From positions 3,858 to 67,857 of the forward strand of contig JAIVZN010000001.1 in assembly GCA_048634875.1 (NCBI GenBank): DNA of 64,000 nucleotides. Reading direction: 5' to 3'. The stretch comes from Deltaproteobacteria bacterium. GTDB taxonomy: Bacteria > CG03 > SLGR01 > JBDRKX01. How positions within the stretch are numbered: the first letter of the stretch is position 1; every line of letters starts with the position of its first letter. Made by a program: the position numbers and the translations under genes. The notes under the pieces are model-generated. The model ran no database searches. It worked only from the letters and a program-made list of their open reading frames with translations, and was not told the DNA's origin. Of this stretch, positions 1-9,042 are shown in pieces.

Positions 1-478
1 TCCATGTAGAAGAAACTTCATAGATTTTATTATCTAAAAATATCGCATTACTTTTAACTTCCGACGGAATATCTGCTTCTTTCTTTCTTTCACCAATAAC
101 AAGAGTGGTAATTTCAAGGATTTTTTGCCACTCGTGCCATGTTTTGAAGTCTTCTGCCTCATCAGTTCCAATAAGAAAATAACTTTTTTTATCTGGATAC
201 TTTTCTTTAAACATCTGAATTGTTTCAATAGAGTATCCTGAATGGTTTTTATCAAGTTCATTATCAGAAACTGTAAACCCCGGTTTATTTCTAAACCACC
301 ATTTTAACATATCTACCCGCCTGGCAGCAGGTAAACCCCGGGCCTCGCGATGGGGGGGATATTTTGCCGGCACCCAGATTAACTCTTCGGGCTTTACTGC
401 ATTATATGCTGCAAGGGCTATCTCAAGATGTCCAAGGTGAGGAGGATCAAACAATCCGCCATACAGGATATAACTCAC
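1..478 (-). CDS. nadD: Nicotinate-nucleotide adenylyltransferase (NadD), 3' end runs off window start; not in ORF track because partial
   Basis: Minus-strand translation from GTG at 478-476 gives YILYGGLFDPPHLGHLEIA...FLIGTDEAEDFKTWHEW...EVSSTW with GxFDPxHxGH and ISST motifs of NadD; GTG overlaps proA stop as GTGA. Confidence 0.75.
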   Translation of the reverse strand, partial: MSYILYGGLFDPPHLGHLEIALAAYNAVKPEELIWVPAKYPPHREARGLPAARRVDMLKWWFRNKPGFTVSDNELDKNHSGYSIETIQMFKEKYPDKKSYFLIGTDEAEDFKTWHEWQKILEITTLVIGERKKEADIPSEVKSNAIFLDNKIYEVSSTW

Positions 479-1800
479 TGACGTATCTGGCCGCTCCCGG
501 TAATAAGATATTTGTATGTTGTCAATTCCTTTAGTCCCATGGGTCCGCGGGCATGTAGTTTTTGATTTGATATACCTATCTCAGCTCCAAGCCCCATCTG
601 GTTACCATCGGTAAATCTCGTTGATGCATTACAATACACACATGCAGAATCCACATTCACCAAAAACTTTTCTTTAGCTGACACATCTTCTGTAATTATA
701 CAATCTGAGTGATGCGAGCCATATCTTTCGATGTGGTCAATAGCTTCTTCAACAGAATCAACCATTTTTATTGACAGAATCAGCGACAGATACTCAGTGC
801 TCCAGTCTTCTTCAGTTGCCATATTCATATCAACAATTTTTCTTATTCTATCATCACCCCTGAGTTCAACACCTGCCGTATTTAGTTTTTCACATATCCC
901 GGGAAGTACATCTTCAGCAACTTCTGAATGCACAAGGAGAGTCTCCACAGCATTACAGACACCCGGACGCTGAACTTTAGCGTTAAAAACAATATCTACA
1001 GTTTTTTCCACATCAGCTTCCTTATCCACATAAATATGGCACAACCCTTTGCCATGGCCGATAACCGGAATTAAACTCATTTTATGAATTGCCTTAATCA
1101 TTTCTTCGCTTCCTCGGGGTATTACAACATCTATCATACCTTTTAAGGATACTAAATACTCAATAATTTTTCTATCAGAGTCATCAATTACCAGCACAGA
1201 GCCTTCAGGTATTCCGGATTCTTTTAAGGCTTCTGTTATATAATGCCCTATAGCAAGGTTTGAATTTAAGCTTTCAGTCCCGCCGCGGAGTATTACTGCA
1301 TTTGAACTCATTATGCAAAGAGCAGCCGAATCGGCAGTAACATTAGGACGGGATTCGTAAATCATTGTTATTACCCCGAGAGGCACTCTGACCTTGGCAA
1401 TCTTTAAACCATTTGGCCTGGACCACTGACTAATTATCTCTCCGACAGGATCATCCAGCCCGGCTACTTCTCTTATGCCATCGGTCATGGATTTTATTCT
1501 TTTATCGTCAAGCAAGAGCCTGTCTATCAAACTTTCAGGAAGGTTATCCTCTCTTGCAGCTTCAATATCTATTTCATTTCTAAATTTGATATCATCAGCC
1601 TTTTTATCCAGTATATCAGCCACTCTGATTAAAGCTTCCTTCTTTTTAGAAGTAGGTATACTTCTAAGCTTTCTGCTTGCTACAACAGCATTTCTTGCAA
1701 TATTAAACACCTTTTGCTTTTTTTCCTGTTCGCCATTAATATTATTCATTTTTTCCTCTTTACAACATGACGAGATTATCTCTGTGAATAACCTCGTCAT
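475..1800 (-). CDS. proA: Gamma-glutamyl phosphate reductase (glutamate-5-semialdehyde dehydrogenase); true start may be the internal Met near 1749
   Basis: 441 aa ORF with aldehyde dehydrogenase-like ProA signature blocks (VRVPLGVI..., ILRGG, GHGKGLCHIYVD); downstream of proB. Confidence 0.9.
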   Translation of the reverse strand: MTRLFTEIISSCCKEEKMNNINGEQEKKQKVFNIARNAVVASRKLRSIPTSKKKEALIRVADILDKKADDIKFRNEIDIEAAREDNLPESLIDRLLLDDKRIKSMTDGIREVAGLDDPVGEIISQWSRPNGLKIAKVRVPLGVITMIYESRPNVTADSAALCIMSSNAVILRGGTESLNSNLAIGHYITEALKESGIPEGSVLVIDDSDRKIIEYLVSLKGMIDVVIPRGSEEMIKAIHKMSLIPVIGHGKGLCHIYVDKEADVEKTVDIVFNAKVQRPGVCNAVETLLVHSEVAEDVLPGICEKLNTAGVELRGDDRIRKIVDMNMATEEDWSTEYLSLILSIKMVDSVEEAIDHIERYGSHHSDCIITEDVSAKEKFLVNVDSACVYCNASTRFTDGNQMGLGAEIGISNQKLHARGPMGLKELTTYKYLITGSGQIRQ

Positions 1801-2836
1801 AGCCCTTGTAACCTAATATTTTTTTTATTTCGGAACTCTTTTTGCCAATTATTTTCTTTAAATCCATAGATGAATAATTTACAAGTCCACGCGCTATTTC
1901 TTCACCCCTATCCATACAGCAAACCGCGTCGCCTTCTTTAAAATTACCTAAAACTTCTTTAATTCCTACAGGCAGAAGGCTGGAATTTTTTTCCCGAATA
2001 GCGTTAACTGCGCCTCCATCAAGGACAACACCTCCTGATGGTTTCAAGCCGTATGCTATCCAGCGTTTCCTGTGAGAAACCCTGTAATTTTTTCTGGTAA
2101 AAACAGTTCCAGGGTTTTCTCCATCCGCGATTTTTTTTAACACCCCCCTAATTCTGCCGCTGGCAATATAAGTATCTGCGCCGCAGATTTTTGAAACACT
2201 CTCTGCTGCCTTTATTTTTGTAACCATTCCACCTACGCTGTAGTCTGAACCTTTTCCTTCAACTGTATTTAATATATTATCAGTTACTTTATCTACTTCT
2301 TTTATAATTTTTCCATCCTTATCCATTAACCCGTCAACATCGGTGAGTATTATTAATTTGTCGGCATCTACTTTAGAAGTTATTACCGCAGCAAGATGGT
2401 CATTATCTGAAAACTTTATTTCTTCCACTGCGACACTATCATTTTCATTTATTACAGGTATGACATTCATTTTAAGCAGGGTAAAAAGCGTGTTTCTTAT
2501 ATTCAGGTAACTTTTCCTATCCGCTAATTCCTGCACAGTTATGAGAAGCTGCCCTACAATACGATTCTGGCTGGAAAATGCCTCTTTATATAGATTCATC
2601 AAATCCGTCTGCCCCACACTGGCAACTGCCTGCTTTTCTCTTAAACTTAACTCACCTGGATTACGCTCCAGTCTCCCGCAACCCGCACCTATAGCGCCAG
2701 ATGAAACAATTATTATCTGGATTTGATTATCCAACAGTTCGCCTATTTCTTCTACAATCCTGAAAATATTATCTCTATCAAGGATACCGTTGGATCCGGT
2801 AAGTAGCCGTGTTCCTAATTTAACTACTATTCTCAT
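1760..2836 (-). CDS. proB: Glutamate 5-kinase
   Basis: 358 aa; N-terminal MRIVVKLGT kinase fold plus C-terminal PUA-like region; proB-proA adjacency. Confidence 0.9.
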   Translation of the reverse strand: MRIVVKLGTRLLTGSNGILDRDNIFRIVEEIGELLDNQIQIIIVSSGAIGAGCGRLERNPGELSLREKQAVASVGQTDLMNLYKEAFSSQNRIVGQLLITVQELADRKSYLNIRNTLFTLLKMNVIPVINENDSVAVEEIKFSDNDHLAAVITSKVDADKLIILTDVDGLMDKDGKIIKEVDKVTDNILNTVEGKGSDYSVGGMVTKIKAAESVSKICGADTYIASGRIRGVLKKIADGENPGTVFTRKNYRVSHRKRWIAYGLKPSGGVVLDGGAVNAIREKNSSLLPVGIKEVLGNFKEGDAVCCMDRGEEIARGLVNYSSMDLKKIIGKKSSEIKKILGYKGYDEVIHRDNLVML

Positions 2837-2856
2837 AAGTCACAATATTTTGCTAT

Positions 2857-3111
2857 TTAAGCAGGTATAATACTTATTACTTTTTTATCTCTGCCTTTTC
2901 TTGTAAAATCAACTTTTCCGGCTACTTTCGCAAACAGGGTATCATCTCTTCCCCTGCCTACATTAAAACCAGGATGATAACATGTCCCCCTTTGACGAAC
3001 TATAATACTCCCTGCTTTTACAACCTGTCCGCCAAATATTTTAATCCCGAGCCTGCGCCCGGCACTGTCTTTCTTGTTCTGTGTTGAACCCTTTCCTTTT
3101 TTATGTGCCAT
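2857..3111 (-). CDS. rpmA: 50S ribosomal protein L27
   Basis: 84 aa [12 protein letters not shown]...GRD, classic L27; no N-terminal propeptide. Confidence 0.95.
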   Translation of the reverse strand: MAHKKGKGSTQNKKDSAGRRLGIKIFGGQVVKAGSIIVRQRGTCYHPGFNVGRGRDDTLFAKVAGKVDFTRKGRDKKVISIIPA

Positions 3112-3142
3112 TATTGAACCTCCTATATAAAAAGAGCCACTG

Positions 3143-3463
3143 CTAAACCTCCAATTTTATTTCTTCTACTATCACTTCAGTGTATTTCTGCCGATGTCCT
3201 ACCTTTCTTTTGTAACCCTTTCTTCTTTTCTTCTTAAAGTTTATTACCTTGGGCCCCTTGGCTAAATCTCCAACTGTTCCTTTAACCGTTACATCTTTAA
3301 GATATGGTGTCCCTACATCAATCTTATCTGAATCCCTGTAAACAAGGATATTATCCCATGTATATGCTTTCCCTTTCTCTAAACTTAAGCTATCCACTAA
3401 AACCTTATCGCCCTCTTTTACCATTACCTGCCTGCTTCCATTTTCTACTATTGCGTACTTCAT
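3143..3463 (-). CDS. rplU: 50S ribosomal protein L21
   Basis: 106 aa [12 protein letters not shown]...; L21 signature; precedes rpmA. Confidence 0.95.
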   Translation of the reverse strand: MKYAIVENGSRQVMVKEGDKVLVDSLSLEKGKAYTWDNILVYRDSDKIDVGTPYLKDVTVKGTVGDLAKGPKVINFKKKRRKGYKRKVGHRQKYTEVIVEEIKLEV

Positions 3464-3879
3464 AATTTTAATCCTTCTAATCCTGTTTCTTCTTCTTTCT
3501 CTCTCCTCACAGCTATATCCGTAAGATATATAAATATTTCTCCTGTACCATGTATTTTAGCTTCCTCTAAATGCCCGCCCACTACCCTGCCGTCATCATC
3601 AGCAAGAGATACATGCAGATGAGCAAAAAATTTTGATGAAACATTTATAAAATTTCCCGTAAGAGAAACTATCTCCCTTGCTCTATCAAAAATATTCTCT
3701 TTATATCTTCCATGACCTAAGAAATACCCCAGTCTTATATCTTTTAACATTCCAGCGCCGCTTATAACTATTCCAAGAGGCTTCCCTGTTGATTTAAAAG
3801 CGCTGCTTAAAGATGAAACTATATCCTCGCCCTCATATAACCGCACCGCTAATATATTACTGTCTAATTTTTGCTTCAT
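3460..3879 (-). CDS. PPC/DUF296-domain (PCC, AT-hook-like) protein
   Basis: 139 aa, resembles DUF296/PPC fold proteins; 4-nt ATGA overlap with rplU start, first gene of the rplU-rpmA-proBA-nadD operon. Confidence 0.55.
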   Translation of the reverse strand: MKQKLDSNILAVRLYEGEDIVSSLSSAFKSTGKPLGIVISGAGMLKDIRLGYFLGHGRYKENIFDRAREIVSLTGNFINVSSKFFAHLHVSLADDDGRVVGGHLEEAKIHGTGEIFIYLTDIAVRREKEEETGLEGLKL

Positions 3880-3886
3880 TTAATAA

Positions 3887-3915
3887 TTTATATAATAATT
3901 AACAATTATTGTCAA
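3887..3915 (-). promoter_or_regulatory. Candidate sigma70-like promoter (TTGACA-17-TATAAA) ending 7 nt before the PPC-gene ATG, implying a leaderless transcript
   Basis: Minus-strand TTGACA at 3915-3910 and TATAAA at 3892-3887; AT-rich context so chance match is possible. Confidence 0.3.
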
Positions 3916-3931
3916 AAATTCATTTCAACCG

Positions 3932-4030
3932 CAAATAAATCCTTTATTGAGACCTAAATGATGTATTTTTTGCGACTTGTGACTTTTTATAGAAACTATG
4001 AAAACTTGTTTGACCCGGCTCATGTCTGTT
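3932..4030. repeat. Dispersed intergenic hairpin repeat, family A, copy 1 (left half plus extension variant)
   Basis: taaatcctttattgagacctaaatgatgtattttttgcgacttgtgactttttat... shared with copies at 9043, 51567, 59077. Confidence 0.85.
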
Positions 4031-4957
4031 TCATGCCGTTTTACACATCTCATAAAAATTACACCATGGACATAACCTCCTATGTTTTGCCAATGGATAA
4101 TATTCTTTTTCCCTTGGTATATTATTTCCAGGATCAAGCAAGACTTCCTTCATTTCATCTATACTATGTTTAATTTCGTTTTCAGTCTCCTTAAGAGACT
4201 CCCTGGAAATAGCAATATCCAGAGTTTTACCTGTCCCTAAATATTCTGCTCTTCCAAGTATATTCTCCTCATTAATACCATATTTTTCCCTGATATACAT
4301 ACAGTAAACACTTATCTGGTTAGGATGGCTCGAATGCTCTTTCCCTGTCTTCCAGTCAACCACTACCCATTTGCCATTGGGTCCTTCAAAGACAAGATCA
4401 GGTATTGCATAAATCGGAGTATCAAAAAGCTCAAATGTATCCATATTCTCAGTAATTCTTATTTTGCACTCATCTTTTAGAATTTCCTTTACACTATCTG
4501 ATTTTATTATATTAGGCACAGATTTCTGCATTTTGTCTTTAATTTTCTCAACAATTTCTTTTAAAACTTTACCGCCATAGTAAAATTCATGCAACATGGA
4601 ATAACTCTTAGGATTTTTAAGCCATTCCTCTCGCTTATTTATGGATTCTTTCCACGCATTATTTAATATATCCCTTACTATATTTATAAGAATTTTTTCA
4701 TCAGGGAGTTTTCCTGTTTGCGTAATAGTATTACAGGTCTTTTCCGCTGCCTGATGTACAGCACTTCCTAGAAGTAGATGAAGCCCTGTCAGTTGCTTTA
4801 AACGGTACGCCTGTTTTGACTCTGGAGAAGCTTCTTCTTCCCATCCGTTATGAGAGAGATAGTAATTGTAATAATATCTTCTCTGACATTCACTGAATGT
4901 AGATTTTCTGGATGAAGACCAGCTCCATACGGGATATTCTGTTCTTTTATATGCCAT
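4031..4957 (-). CDS. PD-(D/E)XK nuclease superfamily protein, Cas4/AddB-like with predicted 4Fe-4S cluster (standalone, no CRISPR nearby)
   Basis: N-terminal SWSSSxxSTFxECxRRYYYNYY motif, catalytic D...VVDWKTGK (D/E-x-K) and C-terminal C-x2-C-x5-C (CPWCNFYEMC). Confidence 0.7.
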   Translation of the reverse strand: MAYKRTEYPVWSWSSSRKSTFSECQRRYYYNYYLSHNGWEEEASPESKQAYRLKQLTGLHLLLGSAVHQAAEKTCNTITQTGKLPDEKILINIVRDILNNAWKESINKREEWLKNPKSYSMLHEFYYGGKVLKEIVEKIKDKMQKSVPNIIKSDSVKEILKDECKIRITENMDTFELFDTPIYAIPDLVFEGPNGKWVVVDWKTGKEHSSHPNQISVYCMYIREKYGINEENILGRAEYLGTGKTLDIAISRESLKETENEIKHSIDEMKEVLLDPGNNIPREKEYYPLAKHRRLCPWCNFYEMCKTA

Positions 4958-5116
4958 CTAAAACCTCCGGCAGGCATGGACGCCTGTCCTACTACAGCAG
5001 AGCAAGCTCTGCCACTACAATTTTTTTCTTTATCAGATAGTGCCGACTATAACAAATGCAAAAATCAAAATGTAAAAATAAAAATGACATATTAAAATTC
5101 AAAATGAAAAATTAAC

Positions 5117-5170
5117 AAATTGTAGATTTACGATTGAAAATTGTAGATTGATAAATCAAAAAATCTACAA
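5117..5170. promoter_or_regulatory. Direct and inverted repeats AAATTGTAGATT x2 / AATCTACAA in 270-bp intergenic region upstream of nuclease gene
   Basis: aaattgtagatt at 5117 and 5138, inverted partner aatctacaa at 5162; similar motif upstream of the Pur-alpha-like gene at 55534-55590. Confidence 0.4.
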
Positions 5171-5227
5171 CCAGTAAATTTAAAACAAAAAGATAATTTT
5201 TAATTTTTGATTTTTTTCAGACACCTG

Positions 5228-6652
5228 CTACACTGAAATTTTAAATTCCTCATGGTGCAGTTTGTAGTCTCTTCTCAATTTTATTTTTTTTCTTATCACT
5301 TTTTCTATATTTCCAATGCCTTTTTCATCAAAAATTTCTGCTACACGGGGATGCAGAAAAAGATTTATGAACTTTGACGGCATATGGGGTCCCTTTCTCA
5401 TAAGTTCTCTTTTTATTTTAATATACATTGTTGTCTCAGAAAATATCATACCGCTTCCTCTGCAGTAAGGACAATCCCTGCATATAATCTTTGCTATTGA
5501 TTCTTTGCGTCTCTGCCTGGTCATCTCAATTAAACCTAATCTTGTCACTGGAAATATAGTTATCTTTGCCTTGTCATCACTCATTTCCTCTTTTAATATA
5601 TTAAAGAGCCGTATTCTGTTTCTTCTCTTCTCAAGGTCTATAAAATCAATTATTACTATTCCGCCTATATCCCTTAAAATAATTTGTGAAGCTACTAACA
5701 CTGCTGCTTCCGTATTTACCTGCATTGCTGTCTCTTCCCTGTTCGACCCTTTAGTAAAACTGCCTGTATTGACATCAATTGCAGTCAGCGCTTCAGTTTG
5801 TTCTATAATTATATAGCCGCCACATTCTAAATATATTATCCTCTTCTTAAGATTCTCAATTTGTTTCTCAAGATTATTCTTTTCAAATAACGGGACATCA
5901 GATTCATACAATTTTATCTTGCCCTTTAATTCAGGAAATGTATTTTTTACAAACCCAAAAACTCTTCTGTAAACATATCTATCATTAATGAGAAAAACAA
6001 CTGTCTCTTTATCTAAAAATTCCCTTGCTGCATAAAGCACTATATCTGATTCCTCATATATAAGTCCTACGATTTTTCTTTTTTTTGCTCTACTGTATTC
6101 TTTCTTAATATGCTCCCATCTCTTAATTAGAAATTTAGCCTCTCTAACTATTTCCTTCCTATCCCTATTTAAAGCACCTGTCCGCGCAACAAAACCACCA
6201 CCATTAGGCGCAACTGAAGACATAATTTCCTTTAATCTTTTGCGTTCATTCATGTCTGTAATATTTTTTGATACACCAATTTTCGCTTCCATAGGCATAA
6301 GCACGATATATCTGCCCGGCAGAGTAATTTTACCTGTAATCTTCGCGCCTTTTTTGTGAATTTCTTCCTTATTTACCTGGATCATTACCAGTTCACCTTT
6401 TTTTATATCCCCCTGATAATCTGAAATTGACAGAAAAGCATTTCTACCTTTTCCTATATCCACAAAACAGGAATTAATCCCCTCAACAACATCTTTAACC
6501 ACCCCTAAATAAATATTTCCTATAGATTTCTTATCCGCAGCTCTGCGTATATTTAAATCAAGGAGCTTGCCATTTTTAACAATAGCAACTCTCATTTCAT
6601 CGCTATTAACATCCGCATATATGCTTTTACTCACCATTACCTCCACAAACAC
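5228..6652 (-). CDS. rng: Ribonuclease G/E family (Rne/Rng) endoribonuclease
   Basis: 474 aa with N-terminal S1 domain and RNase E/G catalytic core; 16-nt overlap with upstream TIGR03936-like gene. Confidence 0.85.
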   Translation of the reverse strand: MFVEVMVSKSIYADVNSDEMRVAIVKNGKLLDLNIRRAADKKSIGNIYLGVVKDVVEGINSCFVDIGKGRNAFLSISDYQGDIKKGELVMIQVNKEEIHKKGAKITGKITLPGRYIVLMPMEAKIGVSKNITDMNERKRLKEIMSSVAPNGGGFVARTGALNRDRKEIVREAKFLIKRWEHIKKEYSRAKKRKIVGLIYEESDIVLYAAREFLDKETVVFLINDRYVYRRVFGFVKNTFPELKGKIKLYESDVPLFEKNNLEKQIENLKKRIIYLECGGYIIIEQTEALTAIDVNTGSFTKGSNREETAMQVNTEAAVLVASQIILRDIGGIVIIDFIDLEKRRNRIRLFNILKEEMSDDKAKITIFPVTRLGLIEMTRQRRKESIAKIICRDCPYCRGSGMIFSETTMYIKIKRELMRKGPHMPSKFINLFLHPRVAEIFDEKGIGNIEKVIRKKIKLRRDYKLHHEEFKISV

Positions 6653-7164
6653 TTAATCTTTTTAATTTTAAATTCCCCTGCACCGAGGAGTTTTACAGGA
6701 TTTCTAAAACCACCGTTTTTTTTTAATACATCCAGTATAATATAATTTTTTCCTCTTTCCACAACATTTTTTAGTTCTTCTGTCTCCTCAATATTGCCTT
6801 GCAAAAATTCCACCATATACCTGAACCCTTTAAGTTCCTCATTTATTCCAGGCTCATCTCCTGATAAAATCTGCACATCCTTTATCCTTATTCCCTGAAT
6901 GGAGCTATTATTGAATCTTTCAATCTGGTATTCTTCTAAAGGACAGTTTAAAGCTACATCTATGTACTCAGCTTCACTTGAAAATCCCAGGCTAAGCGAT
7001 GGAGTAAACGAAAGTTTAATTCTCGGATTAAAACCACAGGTAAATTTTAAAGGCCACGCTGCTCTCCTCATACTTCTCTGTAATGCTTTAACCGTATCCA
7101 AATGCCCTATAAGATTCGCAGGGTACAATTTTGAATACTTAATTCTTGCTGTAACTTCACTCAT
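6637..7164 (-). CDS. Radical SAM-linked protein (DUF2344/TIGR03936-like)
   Basis: 175 aa; partner of the B12-binding radical SAM immediately upstream; conserved trio with Rne/Rng. Confidence 0.6.
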   Translation of the reverse strand: MSEVTARIKYSKLYPANLIGHLDTVKALQRSMRRAAWPLKFTCGFNPRIKLSFTPSLSLGFSSEAEYIDVALNCPLEEYQIERFNNSSIQGIRIKDVQILSGDEPGINEELKGFRYMVEFLQGNIEETEELKNVVERGKNYIILDVLKKNGGFRNPVKLLGAGEFKIKKIKCLWR

Positions 7165-7235
7165 AATTCAAAACTTGTTTTTTCTTGAGTCCAGAAAATG
7201 TGTTTTGAGTGCAATAAATCGCACCGCTACATTTC

Positions 7236-8933
7236 TTAACTTTCAACTTCAGCAAAGCGTCCTTCCAGTTTCCTACCTGCCAGCTCCATTGCCTTCTCAT
7301 ATGATTTCCTTAAAGTAACTTTGCTGAGGCCTGTTTCTACCATATCCCAGGGAAGCTCCTCCATTTTTTCAAAATCCCTATAATAATAATCCTTCCAATC
7401 CATACCATTATCTTTAAATGCCTTTTCCCAGATATTAAAGTCAAAATGCTCCCCCCATTGATCAAAACGGGCGCCATTCTTCCATGCACTATAAACTACT
7501 ACAGAAAGCGTTGAATCCGCTCTTACCATTATACTCTCTAATATATGCTGTCCGTAATGAATACCTTTAATATCTACTGCGGCTTTTTTCTTTATAAATT
7601 TAATTTTTTCTTCCAGGATATCCGGGTCATTGGCCTTAAGCCACTGAAAAGGCGTGTGAGCTTGAGGCACTAAAGGAGATATAGTAACATTTACTTTCAG
7701 TCCACTAAGTTTTCTCACTTCCCTTATAAACTCAACAATCTCCTGAATATCTTCCATTGTCTCACCGGGTAACCCGACCAAAAAATAAAGCTTTATCTTA
7801 TTCCAGCCTTTTGAGGCAGCAATCTTTGCTGCTTCTATTACATCAGCATTTTTTACATTCTTATTTATTACTCTTTTTAATTTCTCTGACGGTGTCTCAG
7901 GAGCAAAAGTTAAACCTCCTTTTTTAAGTCTTGTAAGCCTGTCAGATAATTCTCCTGGAAAGCTCGCAGGCCTCATACTGGACATCACTATAGAAACACC
8001 TAAATCCCTGAAAGCATAATGAAGTTCGTCTAAAATATCAAGAAGCTCAGGATGGTCTGTTGCAGAAAGCGAAGTAAGAGCTATTTCGTCATGACCTGTA
8101 GAAGCTACTGAATTTTTAGCAATCTCCATGATTTGTTCGGTGCTCTTCTCTCTGTACGGATTATAAATTACCGTTGCCTGACAAAACCTGCAGTTATTTT
8201 TACAGCCCCTGTTTATCTCAATATTAAGACGGTTATGCGGTATATCAACAACTGCAACAGGCGGGTTCACAGGGAAAAACTTATTATTAAACTCAGAATA
8301 TATTGCTATTTCTGTACTTTTGCTTTTACCCGGAATATATACTCCTTTCATATCAAGTGCAATATTTAAAAACTTCTCTTTATCCTGATTTTCTTCAAAT
8401 GTTTTCAGTAGTTCAGGTAACATTGCTTCTGCTTCACCAATATAAATTAAGTCAAGAAACTCTGATAATACCGCAGGATTACTACAGGCAGGCCCTCCGC
8501 CTATGATCAGCGGAGCGGAAACTTTGCGATTTCTCCTGAATAGCTCTATGCCGGCTAAATCAAGCATATTCAAAAAATTCGTATATGAAAGTTCATAATG
8601 AAAAGAGAAACCTATTATGTCAAATTCTTTTGCCGGCGACCTTGTTTCAAGAGAAAACAAGGAAATATTGTTCTGCCTCATCCATTTCTCCATATCAAGC
8701 CACGGAGCAAAGCACCTCTCGCAGGCAAAAGAACTGTGATTATTTATAATATTGCCGACAGTATGATAACCCAAACTGCTCATTCCTATAACATAATCAT
8801 CGGGGAAACACAAAAGAAACTTCTTTGCTCCTTTCTTCCCGGGATAAGAGTTCCATTCTGTACCGAGATATTTACCCGGCTTTTGAAACTGTTTTAATAC
8901 ATTTTCTGTTATCCCTACTCCCTCATTACTCAT
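7236..8933 (-). CDS. B12-binding-domain radical SAM protein (TIGR03960-like uncharacterized family)
   Basis: 565 aa; CKNNCRFCQA CxxxCxxC radical SAM motif; N-terminal B12-binding-like region. Confidence 0.8.
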   Translation of the reverse strand: MSNEGVGITENVLKQFQKPGKYLGTEWNSYPGKKGAKKFLLCFPDDYVIGMSSLGYHTVGNIINNHSSFACERCFAPWLDMEKWMRQNNISLFSLETRSPAKEFDIIGFSFHYELSYTNFLNMLDLAGIELFRRNRKVSAPLIIGGGPACSNPAVLSEFLDLIYIGEAEAMLPELLKTFEENQDKEKFLNIALDMKGVYIPGKSKSTEIAIYSEFNNKFFPVNPPVAVVDIPHNRLNIEINRGCKNNCRFCQATVIYNPYREKSTEQIMEIAKNSVASTGHDEIALTSLSATDHPELLDILDELHYAFRDLGVSIVMSSMRPASFPGELSDRLTRLKKGGLTFAPETPSEKLKRVINKNVKNADVIEAAKIAASKGWNKIKLYFLVGLPGETMEDIQEIVEFIREVRKLSGLKVNVTISPLVPQAHTPFQWLKANDPDILEEKIKFIKKKAAVDIKGIHYGQHILESIMVRADSTLSVVVYSAWKNGARFDQWGEHFDFNIWEKAFKDNGMDWKDYYYRDFEKMEELPWDMVETGLSKVTLRKSYEKAMELAGRKLEGRFAEVES

Positions 8934-9042
8934 TCTTCATTCCTTTTTTTCATATGTAAATAAACCATTTATCGGGCTTGATAAATCAAGCCCCTACAAA
9001 ATCAAGCCTTTACAGTTTTGCGTAGGGGTCAGATTTATCCGA

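Noticed and set aside
3925-4173. Two small ORFs (70 and 71 aa) on opposite strands at 3925-4173
   Set aside because: They overlap a copy of the dispersed family A repeat and the 3' end of the nuclease gene; no coding signal, repeat-derived
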